Below, piece after piece: positions 29,332 to 38,622 of a stretch of 64,000 nt of DNA. The stretch spans positions 32,001 through 96,000 of the forward strand of contig CAXFSR010000043.1 in the NCBI GenBank assembly GCA_964005815.1, written 5' to 3'. This stretch comes from an uncultured Nitrospinaceae bacterium. GTDB lineage: Bacteria; UBA8248. Numbering within the stretch: position 1 is the stretch's first letter; each line of letters begins with the position of its first letter. The notes under the pieces are model-generated. The model saw only the letters and a list, made by a program, of their open reading frames with translations, was not told the DNA's origin and did not search any database. Position numbers and translations under genes: made by a program.

Positions 29332-30054
29332 TTAATCTGTATAAATAGCTACAGCCCTAACAGGAGAACCAGTTCCTCTTCTGATTTTCAAAGGCAGACA
29401 TGAAAAAATAAACTTAGTCCCTACTACCTCTTTCAAATTAGCAAGATTCTCTACATTTAGAACTTTTCTCTCCCTGCAGGCTTTGTGTGCCCAATATCCC
29501 TTGTCTTTCATAGCAGCGGAAGAATCAATACTTGGAGAATCAATTCCAATATTTATACATCCCCTATCAGCCAGCCAGATCGTTGCAGATTCACTTAGAC
29601 CCGGATATGTGTACATATAGTCATAAAAATCATCCTTATAGTTCGCTTCATAATGACCGCTCCATATTAAAACCGTTCCCTTTTTAGGGACTTCAAGACC
29701 TGATTTCTCACATGCTTCTTCTAAATCTTTAGGTTCAATCCATGTATCAGTATTGCAAAACTTAGAAAGATCTAAACAAATTGCTTCATTAAAAAACCAC
29801 TCAAAACCAAGTTCATCTATACTCTCAGCATCAGGACTTTTATCTATATGCAAAAAAGCATCTACATGTGTTGGGCCATGATCACTCATAATAATCGTAT
29901 TCGTTGTAGAGGTATGACCTGATGGAGAGGACGTATTGGCTCTAGTAGTTTCTTCATGGGTTTTTGAAGGAAACACTCCTGTCCTTTGATGACCTGGATA
30001 AACAGGCATTCCATTATAAATCTCTTGTGTTAAATCTACCAACCTAAAATTCAT
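29332..30054 (-). CDS. Cyclase / kynurenine formamidase-like metal hydrolase
   Basis: VDLT, MPVYPG, H..TH.DA..H, YPGLS, GIDSPSID, ENLANL, PLKIRRGTGSPVRAVA. Confidence 0.88.
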   Translation of the reverse strand: MNFRLVDLTQEIYNGMPVYPGHQRTGVFPSKTHEETTRANTSSPSGHTSTTNTIIMSDHGPTHVDAFLHIDKSPDAESIDELGFEWFFNEAICLDLSKFCNTDTWIEPKDLEEACEKSGLEVPKKGTVLIWSGHYEANYKDDFYDYMYTYPGLSESATIWLADRGCINIGIDSPSIDSSAAMKDKGYWAHKACRERKVLNVENLANLKEVVGTKFIFSCLPLKIRRGTGSPVRAVAIYTD

Positions 30055-30111
30055 TGCACTTCCTCCTAAAAACATGATAATTAACGATTAAAATAGAAAT
30101 CCATTTTTGAT

Positions 30112-30882
30112 CTATTTATTACTTTTCCAAAGTCTGCCGTAAAAAATAAAGCTGCCAAAAAGGAGTATCAGAATAAAACTCGCTATATAGGCTGCCCGTA
30201 CAGAACCAAACCATAAACTATCTGCACGATAACCACTTACTATTGCCCTACCTATAGAATACAAAACAAAATAAAGACAAAACAAAAAACCAGGTTTATG
30301 TGATTTTAATCTGAGTGTTCGCAAAATGAGAAACCAAAAGAAATTCAAGAACAACTCATATAGCATTACAGGATGAATAGGTTCGTCCGGAAATTGCTTT
30401 CCCGCAATACTTTCCTGAGGGAAAATAATTCCCCATGGCATATTAGTTGGTATACCATGAGCGTCACCGTTCATGAAATTTCCAAATCTACCGAAAACCT
30501 GTCCCAACATTATAGAGGGCGCGACAGCATCTGCAAAAGACCAAGTCGAAACTTTATGCCTTGCAAGAAAAATCAAGCCTGCTAATACACCACCAATTAG
30601 TCCTCCATGTATAGCTAATCCTCCGTGCCATATTTTTGGGATTTCCCAAAGATGATTTCCATAAAAATTCCAATTAAAAACTACGTAGTACGATCTTGCA
30701 AAAAAAATTCCTGAGAACATACAAATAAGAGCAAAATTCATAACCTCATCATTTGTAATAGAAAGATTTTTTCTCTCACATTCTCGCGTAATAAGCCAAG
30801 TCCCAACAAGCAATGCAAGAACGTACATCAACCCATACCATCGTAGAGTTAAAGGACCGATTGAAAATATTATAGGGCTCAT
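30112..30882 (-). CDS. lgt: Prolipoprotein diacylglyceryl transferase
   Basis: RWYGLMY, IWHGGLAIHGG, GRFGNFMNG, HPVMLYE. Confidence 0.96.
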   Translation of the reverse strand: MSPIIFSIGPLTLRWYGLMYVLALLVGTWLITRECERKNLSITNDEVMNFALICMFSGIFFARSYYVVFNWNFYGNHLWEIPKIWHGGLAIHGGLIGGVLAGLIFLARHKVSTWSFADAVAPSIMLGQVFGRFGNFMNGDAHGIPTNMPWGIIFPQESIAGKQFPDEPIHPVMLYELFLNFFWFLILRTLRLKSHKPGFLFCLYFVLYSIGRAIVSGYRADSLWFGSVRAAYIASFILILLFGSFIFYGRLWKSNK

Positions 30883-30912
30883 TTTATATTTTTCTTTTTA
30901 GTATTTTAAAGA

Positions 30913-31368
30913 CTATACTTCAAGTATTACTTCAAGTTCTAAAGGGGCTCCAAGAGGTAATTCATATACCCCTACAGCTAATCTTGCATGTCTCCCGATT
31001 TCTTCAAAAATTTCAAAAGACAGATCAGAAGCACCATTCATCACAGATGCCTGATCAACAAATCCCTCAGACGATGCTACATAACCGGTCATCCTTACAA
31101 TTCGAGATATTTCGTCCAAGGAACTCAATGCATTATTCGCATGAGCAAGAGCATTTAGAAAACAAAGCCTTGCACAATCTCTTGCGTTATCTATTGATAC
31201 TTTTTCAGGCACTTTACCTTCAAAGAGTAATTTTCCATTTACCGTAGGTATTTGACCAGAAATAAACAACAATGAACCAGAGCGAACAAATGGAACATAC
31301 GAACCAACTGGTGAAGGCGCATTAGGTAAAACAATATCTAATTCTTTTAATTTTCTATCTATGCTCAA
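30913..31368 (-). CDS. RidA/YjgF family protein (Arg-containing)
   Basis: LFISGQIP, NGASD, GRHARLAVG..LPLGAPLE. Confidence 0.88.
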   Translation of the reverse strand: MSIDRKLKELDIVLPNAPSPVGSYVPFVRSGSLLFISGQIPTVNGKLLFEGKVPEKVSIDNARDCARLCFLNALAHANNALSSLDEISRIVRMTGYVASSEGFVDQASVMNGASDLSFEIFEEIGRHARLAVGVYELPLGAPLELEVILEV

Positions 31369-31991
31369 TTCTCACTTCCTCCATCATTAAGTTTCACAGA
31401 AAACTCAAAGTCTTCAGGAGTATTAATATTTTTAAAAGACAATCCTCCTTTATCCCATTGTCTCCAAGTTTCTTCTCGTAAATATCTAACATGCAAACCA
31501 GAGAAGAATGAAGTCATTTCAAGTTTTCCATTTTCTATATTATCTATTATAACAGGCAAACAATTTCTGTCATAAATGGCAAATAAGGGCTCGGGTTTAG
31601 AATCTTTCAACGGGATCAAAACATCTTCATCAGAAACAGAATCAATAAAATTCTCAACCAAAACCTCATTTAAAAGAGGCATGTCACAAGCAATCAAAAG
31701 AACTTTACTTGCCTCACTCACGGACAGCGCTGTATACAATCCACCTAAAGGTCCTTTATCCACAATCAAATCAGGGAACACAGAAAAATTCATTTCTCTT
31801 AATACCACATTCTCTTCAGACACAACAAAAATTTCTGAAAGATGATTTTCGAGCTTATTACGAATAGTTTCTATAAAAGTTGTCCCATTCAAAGTCAAAA
31901 GAGACTTGTCCTTCCCCCCCATCCTTGTATTTTTTCCCCCCGCTAAAATTACCGCAGAAACAGATATTCGACACATAACACTTCCATTCAA
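31365..31991 (-). CDS. mobA: Molybdenum cofactor guanylyltransferase
   Basis: LAGGKNTRMG..DK, GPLGG, ACDMP, EPLFAIY, NINTPED. Confidence 0.93.
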   Translation of the reverse strand: MNGSVMCRISVSAVILAGGKNTRMGGKDKSLLTLNGTTFIETIRNKLENHLSEIFVVSEENVVLREMNFSVFPDLIVDKGPLGGLYTALSVSEASKVLLIACDMPLLNEVLVENFIDSVSDEDVLIPLKDSKPEPLFAIYDRNCLPVIIDNIENGKLEMTSFFSGLHVRYLREETWRQWDKGGLSFKNINTPEDFEFSVKLNDGGSEN

Positions 31992-32017
31992 ATTTTCTAA
32001 AAATGTTTTTAAAAATT

Positions 32018-33238
32018 TTATGTAGTTGAGTCATTTAACAAGATGACTTCAACAGTTTTACCATCTTCAAGTTTCGTTTCATATTCAGGAAATATTACTA
32101 AAGAATTGGATCTGACCATCGAATGAAGAATATTTGAACCTTGCACTTCTAGTGGTCTTGACTCCCAATGATTCCCATTAAAATTGGTAACTGCCCTAAT
32201 GTAATGCCTTCTCTCTGGAGATTTAAAAAGTTCGCCTTTTAAAGTCGCGTTCACTTTTGTCCGAAAAATATCCTTAATTCCCTGCATTTTAAGCAATGAT
32301 GGGCGAACAAACAATTCAAAACTAACCATAGTAGAGACTGGATTTCCTGGAAGACCAAAGAATGGGATGCCACCTAGCAATCCAAATGCCATTGGTTTTC
32401 CTGGCTTCATTCTCACTCTCCAAAAATCTATTTCATTTCCAAGATCCTCTAGGGTATCTTTTACTAGGTCGAAATCGCCAACTGATACGCCTCCACTCGT
32501 AATCAATATATCTGCAGACATTCCTTTTTTTATACCCTCGATCAGATCTTGCGTATTATCTTTGGCAATACCTAAAAGAACAGCCTCGCCACCAGCTTCT
32601 TCTACCTGTGCTGCCAATGCATACGAATTTGAATTAAAAATTTGGCCTTCTTCAGGAGTCTCTGTTAGATCAACTAACTCTTCTCCTGTAGCTAATATAG
32701 CCACCTTTGGTCTTCTCGATACTTTACAAGTTGCCATTCCTATATTGGCCAACATACCAATTGCAGGTGCATTTAACTTTGCACCTTTTGAGACCACCAA
32801 ATCTCCAACCTCAACATCTTCTCCTGCAATCCTTACAGACTCTCCCGACTTAACGCTTAAAAAAATCTTCACAATACCAGAATCATCTTCTTCCGTTTCC
32901 TCTTGGAGAACAATTGCATCTGCACCTTGAGGAATGGGAGCACCAGTCATAATACGTATTGCTTCGCCATTCTTTAAAATAGATTTAGCTTTAACTCCGG
33001 CCTGTATCCTCTCAATCACTTTCAGTTCGGCAGGATTTTCTTTTGATGCATCTTTAATATCTTCTGCCTTAACAGCATATCCATCCATTGCAGAATTTGC
33101 CCACGGGGGAATAGCTCTTTCTGAAAAAACATCCTCAGAAAGTATCCTTCCTAAAGCGTCTTGTATTCCTACTTCAGAATCGCCTATAGTTTTTATCTTA
33201 TCAAAAATTATCTCTTGAGCTTCTTCAACATTAATCAA
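32018..33238 (-). CDS. moeA: Molybdopterin molybdotransferase
   Basis: SAMDGYA, IMTGAPIP, TGEEL, SGGVSVGDFD, KPGKP, LPGNPVS. Confidence 0.96.
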   Translation of the reverse strand: MINVEEAQEIIFDKIKTIGDSEVGIQDALGRILSEDVFSERAIPPWANSAMDGYAVKAEDIKDASKENPAELKVIERIQAGVKAKSILKNGEAIRIMTGAPIPQGADAIVLQEETEEDDSGIVKIFLSVKSGESVRIAGEDVEVGDLVVSKGAKLNAPAIGMLANIGMATCKVSRRPKVAILATGEELVDLTETPEEGQIFNSNSYALAAQVEEAGGEAVLLGIAKDNTQDLIEGIKKGMSADILITSGGVSVGDFDLVKDTLEDLGNEIDFWRVRMKPGKPMAFGLLGGIPFFGLPGNPVSTMVSFELFVRPSLLKMQGIKDIFRTKVNATLKGELFKSPERRHYIRAVTNFNGNHWESRPLEVQGSNILHSMVRSNSLVIFPEYETKLEDGKTVEVILLNDSTT

Positions 33239-33426
33239 ACCTCACTCCTTAGATATACAGCAATCAAGAAATTAAAAAATTTAGTCATTCAATTATATTC
33301 AAAAATCATGAAAATGATAACTTTAAGACAACACAAAAAAATAAACTGATGAAAAAAATGTTCAAGAATTTCATTAAAGAGTCAAGTAAAATAAAATTGT
33401 TTATTTTTAATCAATACAATCTCTTT

Positions 33427-33455
33427 TTGGCGTATATTTTTTAACCTATTATAAT
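33427..33455 (+). promoter_or_regulatory. Sigma70-type promoter for the amidase operon
   Basis: TTGGCG, 17-nt spacer, perfect TATAAT (33450-33455). Confidence 0.55.
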
Positions 33456-33546
33456 AGTAGTATGAAGACATTTTATTTTCTCATTTACCTGAGGAAATAA
33501 AATCAATCTTCTAGGTCGAAAGACAAAAAAAAGGAAATATTTTCTA

Positions 33547-34887
33547 ATGAAAAAAACATGGGAGTTAACTTTATCTGAAGGCATTAACAAAATACAAAAT
33601 CAATCTTTATCAGCAACAGATTGGGCAGAATCTTTGTTAGAAAGAATCGATTTATTTGAAAAAAAAATTCACGCATGGGCGACACTTAATAAAGAAGGGG
33701 CTCTTGCAGAAGCTAAAGAAATTGATGACAACCTAGAATTTGATTTGCCTCTCCGAGGGGCACCAATTGGAATCAAGGATATTATCAACGTAAAACATTT
33801 GCCTTGTGAGGCAAATTCTCCATTGTTGAAAGGCAACATTCCCAAAGAAGACGCACACTGCATATCAAAAATAAAAGATGCAGGCGCGATCATAATAGGA
33901 AAAACCGTAACTACACAATTTGCTACAGGAGACCCATCTCAAACTCTCAATCCTTGGAATATTGCACATAGCCCAGGTGGATCAAGTAGCGGTTCTGCAG
34001 CATCTGTAGCTTCAGGAATGATACCAGCAGCACTAGGTTCGCAAACAGGCGGTTCTGTCCTCAGACCCTCTGCCTATTGCGGAGTTATTGGCTTCAAGCC
34101 TAGTTATGGATTGATTTCGCGTTCTGGAGTCATTGAAGTTTCCTGGACTTTTGACCATATTGGAACTTTAACTCGCTCAGTAGAAGATGCCGCTATTCTA
34201 ATTAAGTATCTAACTGGACCTGACGACGCAGATGAAACTACAAAGGGATTCGAACCTTTAGATTTTTCTACTCATATTCCCAAAAAACCAGTACTTGTAT
34301 GCTACCCAAAAGAAGATATTGCAAAATATGCTCATCCAGCAGTATCCCATTGGGTGGATGAAGGAGTAGAAAAACTTAAGGAAAAAGACATCAAAGTAGA
34401 TAATATAGATTTTCCAATTGATTTTCAGGAACTGCATGATACACATCGAATGATAATGAGTGTAGATGCTGCGACTTACCACAAAGAATCTTTCTCTAAC
34501 AATGCAGATAAATATCGACCAGTCATTAAAAAACTAATCGAATCAGGCTTAAAAACCAGTTCGATAGATTATGCCAAAGGTCTAAGACAAAGAAACCGTC
34601 TCATACGAGAAATGGAAAAGGTATTCAATCATTATGAATTTATAATCCTTCCATCCTTTCAAGATCCCCCTGCTCTTGCAGAAAAATCAACTGGAAGCGC
34701 ATTCTTCAATGAACCTGCAACTCAACCAGGGTTACCAGCAATTACACTTCCATTAGGACGTGGTGACAAAAATCTTCCATTTGGCATTCAATTTATAGGG
34801 AAAAAATTTCACGATTATCAATTATTAGCAAATGCTGCTTGGTGTGAAAAAGAATTAGGTTGGGCAAGTCAGATTGCTGAATTATAG
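33547..34887 (+). CDS. Amidase signature family enzyme
   Basis: IGIKDI, PGGSSSGSAA, GSQTGGSVLRP (Lys-cisSer-Ser triad), GLPAITLP. Confidence 0.92.
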   Translation: MKKTWELTLSEGINKIQNQSLSATDWAESLLERIDLFEKKIHAWATLNKEGALAEAKEIDDNLEFDLPLRGAPIGIKDIINVKHLPCEANSPLLKGNIPKEDAHCISKIKDAGAIIIGKTVTTQFATGDPSQTLNPWNIAHSPGGSSSGSAASVASGMIPAALGSQTGGSVLRPSAYCGVIGFKPSYGLISRSGVIEVSWTFDHIGTLTRSVEDAAILIKYLTGPDDADETTKGFEPLDFSTHIPKKPVLVCYPKEDIAKYAHPAVSHWVDEGVEKLKEKDIKVDNIDFPIDFQELHDTHRMIMSVDAATYHKESFSNNADKYRPVIKKLIESGLKTSSIDYAKGLRQRNRLIREMEKVFNHYEFIILPSFQDPPALAEKSTGSAFFNEPATQPGLPAITLPLGRGDKNLPFGIQFIGKKFHDYQLLANAAWCEKELGWASQIAEL

Positions 34888-35020
34888 AAATTCTTATCTC
34901 TTTTTATGGAAATTTTTAAAAGTTAAGCAGAATCTCTTCTTATTAAAATAAAAACTCACATAGATGATTCCATCATTTATTATGCTAAAGTAATTGAAAT
35001 TCATATTAAGGACTTTCTTG

Positions 35021-36214
35021 ATGAAATCATCGTACGTACTTTTACTTTTGACAATTGGGCATCTTTTTGAACATTGGTTTCATGGTGTAATTGGGCCTGT
35101 ACTTCCTTTCCTAGCAAAAGACATTGGTATTAATCATACACAAGTTGGAATTATTTTTGTCGGTGTTTCTATTGCAAGTGCATTTTCAAGTGCCGGTTTT
35201 GCAGTTATCAATGATTTACTAGGAGGGCGTAAAACTATGCTTGTCGTTTGCATGGCATCGATTGGTATTTTCCATACAGCTATCAGTTTATCTTCATCTT
35301 TTTGGATGATTGCTTTTCTTTTCTGGCTTACAGGAATCGCAACACACATTTGGCATCCTCCAGCTATGGGAATTTTAAACGAAAAATTTATTGACAGAAA
35401 AGGATTTGCATTGGGAATCCACGGCACAGGTTCCAATATAGGAATGACCATTGCACCTATAATAGCAGGATGGATGCTACTTTTTTTAGACTGGCGTGAA
35501 ATCCTACAAATTAATTCTATCCCTTTGATTCTTACAGCAGTGCTTTTCATTTTCTGTTTGCCGTCTTTTCCTACACCGAAAAGAACCAGCAAAGGAGAGA
35601 AAATGACTCTAAAGCACATAGTGGAAGCTATCCTTCGCAATCCTTCCTTGCTTGGAGTATCTCTTTTGTCTGGCATACGAAATTTAACACAAAGGGGCAT
35701 TACTCTTTTTCTCCCATTTTACCTAATAGAAACATACAAAACAGACCCAGCAACAATTGGAATAGGACTTGGCATCTATGCTGCTGCATCAATACTTCCT
35801 GAAACGTTAATAGGCTATTTATCAGACCGAATTTCAAGGAAATTTATAATTATCATAGCTTTACTAGTTGGTGGCGTTGGACTTTTATGCATTCCCTATG
35901 TAGGAGATGGAATGGCACTCTTTTTAACATTAGCTATAGTAGGCTCTACACTTTCTATTAGATCTGTACTTTTCGCTTATGCTTTCGAAACTACTGACCC
36001 TGAATATTCTGGAAGTGTGGTAGGCCTGATGTTTACAAACAATCAGATTATTTCTGGCATAGGAGTTTTATCAATAGGAATTATCTCAGATTTATGGGGA
36101 ACAGATAAAACTTTCTGGTTTATTGCTTTTGCCTGTTTTGTTTTTACCCCACTATTTTTGTTATTATCTAAAACAAATTTTTCAAAGAAAAGTATGATTC
36201 AAGAAACAACCTAA
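35021..36214 (+). CDS. MFS transporter (Fsr-like)
   Basis: About 12 TM; HPPA...RKGFALGIH, GYLSDRISRK; AAGGA RBS before ATG 35021 (TTG 34994 is an alternative). Confidence 0.87.
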   Translation: MKSSYVLLLLTIGHLFEHWFHGVIGPVLPFLAKDIGINHTQVGIIFVGVSIASAFSSAGFAVINDLLGGRKTMLVVCMASIGIFHTAISLSSSFWMIAFLFWLTGIATHIWHPPAMGILNEKFIDRKGFALGIHGTGSNIGMTIAPIIAGWMLLFLDWREILQINSIPLILTAVLFIFCLPSFPTPKRTSKGEKMTLKHIVEAILRNPSLLGVSLLSGIRNLTQRGITLFLPFYLIETYKTDPATIGIGLGIYAAASILPETLIGYLSDRISRKFIIIIALLVGGVGLLCIPYVGDGMALFLTLAIVGSTLSIRSVLFAYAFETTDPEYSGSVVGLMFTNNQIISGIGVLSIGIISDLWGTDKTFWFIAFACFVFTPLFLLLSKTNFSKKSMIQETT

Positions 36215-36241
36215 TGTCAATTTCAACAAAAGAGGAAAAAA

Positions 36242-37066
36242 TTGAATTCTATACAATGGAAAAATGGAGCAAGGTGTGCTGTTTGCTTAACGTTCGATGT
36301 TGATGGGGAATCTCTCTGGCATTCAAGAGACCCTGAACTTGGGAATAGACCAATCCATAACTCAATGGGTGCATATGGACCTAAAGTAGGTGTCCCAAGA
36401 ATACTAAGATTACTGAATAAATATAACTTACCAGCATGTTTTTTTATTGTAGCTACAACTGCAAAAAAATGGAACGAAATGACACAATCTGTTATTCATG
36501 CAGGCCATGAAATTGGATACCATGGACTAGACCACGAAAAACCTTATTTAATTAACAACAAAAGGAAAGAAGAAAATTGCTTGATTAAAGCCCTAGATAT
36601 TTTCAAAAGCGAATTTGATATTATCCCAGTCGGTGCCAGAACACCTTCTTGCGATCCAAGCAAACACACAATGTCAATCTTAGAAAAACATGGATTCCTT
36701 TACCACTCAAATCTCATGGATGATGATTGGCCCTACTATCATGAATGTGGCTTAATTGAACTTCCAACAAAGTGGACTCTAGATGATTTTATTTTTTTCG
36801 GGTACAGCGGAAATCCACCTTTTGGACATGGAATTCGAGATGCGGAATCTGTTTATTCGATTTGGCTAGAAGAATTTGAAGGAGTTTATGAAGAAGGGGG
36901 GTACTTCAATCTAATGTGTCATCCCCAAGCTATAGGACAACATCATCGTATACGAATGCTAGAACGTTTGGTAACCCATATGTCAGAAAAAGGGGACGTT
37001 TGGTTTACAACTCCAAAAGAAGTTGCAAAGGTTTTTAGCGAACAGAACAAGTTCTCAAAAAAATAA
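36242..37066 (+). CDS. Polysaccharide deacetylase (CE4, PuuE/HpPgdA-like) protein
   Basis: TFDVD, YGPKVGVPRIL, HEIGYHG..H, RTP, W..EF, HPQAIG; no signal peptide. Confidence 0.87.
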   Translation: MNSIQWKNGARCAVCLTFDVDGESLWHSRDPELGNRPIHNSMGAYGPKVGVPRILRLLNKYNLPACFFIVATTAKKWNEMTQSVIHAGHEIGYHGLDHEKPYLINNKRKEENCLIKALDIFKSEFDIIPVGARTPSCDPSKHTMSILEKHGFLYHSNLMDDDWPYYHECGLIELPTKWTLDDFIFFGYSGNPPFGHGIRDAESVYSIWLEEFEGVYEEGGYFNLMCHPQAIGQHHRIRMLERLVTHMSEKGDVWFTTPKEVAKVFSEQNKFSKK

Positions 37067-37078
37067 GAAAAGAGAATA

Positions 37079-38161
37079 TCAATTTTGTTTTGCCAAACAT
37101 ACAACGTTCAGTTTCCACATTTTGTTCGCATTTTCACATGCAATCTTCATGGCAATTTCTCTAGGTAATAAGGAAAAAGCCTTCCTCCAAATCCTGATCT
37201 CTCTTTTATAACGTTTAGCTTTCCAATGTTTGTTAAATACGTTATCCATAGCAAAAATAAATCTATCGGGGTATCGCTCCAATAGTTTTCTCCATTTAAT
37301 TTTCCACATCATACTAGAGAGATATTCCTTAAACCAACCTTTATAAGGAGCATTTTCTTGAGGAGAATTAAAAAAATTTATCCAACCAAATTGTGTGACA
37401 TCGCCTCTTCTTTTTTTCTTAATTCTTCCTATAACCTGCAAAGCATTAGTTCGTGAAGTCAAAAAATATATATTACTGAAATCTTCTATAAGACTTCGCG
37501 CTTCCAAAACTGTTGCCTGCGCCATATGAATCAGAATAAATTTACGATCTGGATTCTCCCTTAGCAAACGCTTCAACTGATAAAGAATCTTGGCAGAACT
37601 ATCTTCAGAATCATTTAATTCTAAATGAAGAATTACAGGCTTTTTTCTTTTAAGAATGATAGAAATAGCTCTTTGTATTCTGAAACTTTCAAGATCACTC
37701 TGAATACCATCTACCGTTAATTCTTCGTGAAAATGATCTGCATGCTGCACAACAATCTCTCCGAATCCTACAGCTTGTTTATGGAATTCCTTATCGTTAA
37801 TAGATAACCACTTTAGCCCAGCCTTTTCATTTTCAATACCAGAATGTCTTAATCCTCCGATTTTAGTAGAAATCAAAAATCCACCTTTTCCATTTAAATC
37901 TCTGACTAAATTCAAAATACGCATTTGGCTTTCTATCGGAGTCTCTTTTTTGTAACATCCACCTCTTGCAGAAAATAGTGTTTTATTCACTCTAAAATTT
38001 TGAATCGCATAAATAATATCTTCCACATCTGTCTTACATCCGTATTGACTATGAGCATCAATAATAGTCCCTGTCCATTCTTTGTTTTTTCCATACGTAA
38101 CAGACAAGAAAACAGATAAACTAAATGTCACGAAAGTCATAGAAAATATTAAGATTTGCAT
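37079..38161 (-). CDS. Exported amidohydrolase-fold protein
   Basis: Hydrophobic N-terminus; IIDAHSQ, GFGEI, PVILHLE, FILIHM, YPDRFIFAMD, IACENA. Confidence 0.7.
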   Translation of the reverse strand: MQILIFSMTFVTFSLSVFLSVTYGKNKEWTGTIIDAHSQYGCKTDVEDIIYAIQNFRVNKTLFSARGGCYKKETPIESQMRILNLVRDLNGKGGFLISTKIGGLRHSGIENEKAGLKWLSINDKEFHKQAVGFGEIVVQHADHFHEELTVDGIQSDLESFRIQRAISIILKRKKPVILHLELNDSEDSSAKILYQLKRLLRENPDRKFILIHMAQATVLEARSLIEDFSNIYFLTSRTNALQVIGRIKKKRRGDVTQFGWINFFNSPQENAPYKGWFKEYLSSMMWKIKWRKLLERYPDRFIFAMDNVFNKHWKAKRYKREIRIWRKAFSLLPREIAMKIACENANKMWKLNVVCLAKQN

Positions 38162-38170
38162 TCTATAAAT

Positions 38171-38608
38171 TCAAATAATTGGGCAGAGCCATCCAACTAA
38201 CGACCCATATATTGCATGCGCAAAAAAAGCAGTTTGCCAGGCCTTTGGATGCATTTTTAAACTGAACAAGCCATGTTTTGTTATGAAAACATTAAATATA
38301 CATTGAGAAAATATAAAAAGAATTGCTCCCCAAACAAGTCCTTTTTCAAGCGGACTTCCAGGAAGATGTTTTGCAAGAACAGAGGAATAAATTAGAGAGA
38401 AAATAATACCGTTTAAATGCACAGCTAGAAAACCAAGCATAAATGGGGGTTTCCCATCATAAGATTCTCCAAACAAAAGCATCGATAAACCTTTACCAAA
38501 ATCCAGTCTAGCGAGTCCAATCCTATCTGCAATTAAGGCAAAAACATAATGGGCATAGGTAGCAAAAAAACCACCTAAACAAATCAATAAAAAAGTAGCT
38601 AGATCCAT
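38171..38608 (-). CDS. Hypothetical 4-TM membrane protein
   Basis: Four hydrophobic segments with His in TM context (VHLNG, AHAIYG); GGAGG RBS. Confidence 0.7.
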   Translation of the reverse strand: MDLATFLLICLGGFFATYAHYVFALIADRIGLARLDFGKGLSMLLFGESYDGKPPFMLGFLAVHLNGIIFSLIYSSVLAKHLPGSPLEKGLVWGAILFIFSQCIFNVFITKHGLFSLKMHPKAWQTAFFAHAIYGSLVGWLCPII

Positions 38609-38622
38609 AAGAGAACCTCCTT

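Noticed and set aside
32367..33218. Long antisense ORFs opposite moeA (similarly 35134-35700, 23095-23547 and other short shadow ORFs)
   Set aside because: Fully overlap well-supported genes on the other strand and show no recognisable motifs
33239..33546. Moco riboswitch upstream of moeA
   Set aside because: The structured element is on the amidase side, and I could not find the Moco RNA motif features on the minus strand
34246..34256. GGATTCGAACC, the reverse complement of a tRNA T-loop consensus
   Set aside because: Lies inside the amidase CDS, and the flanks do not form a cloverleaf
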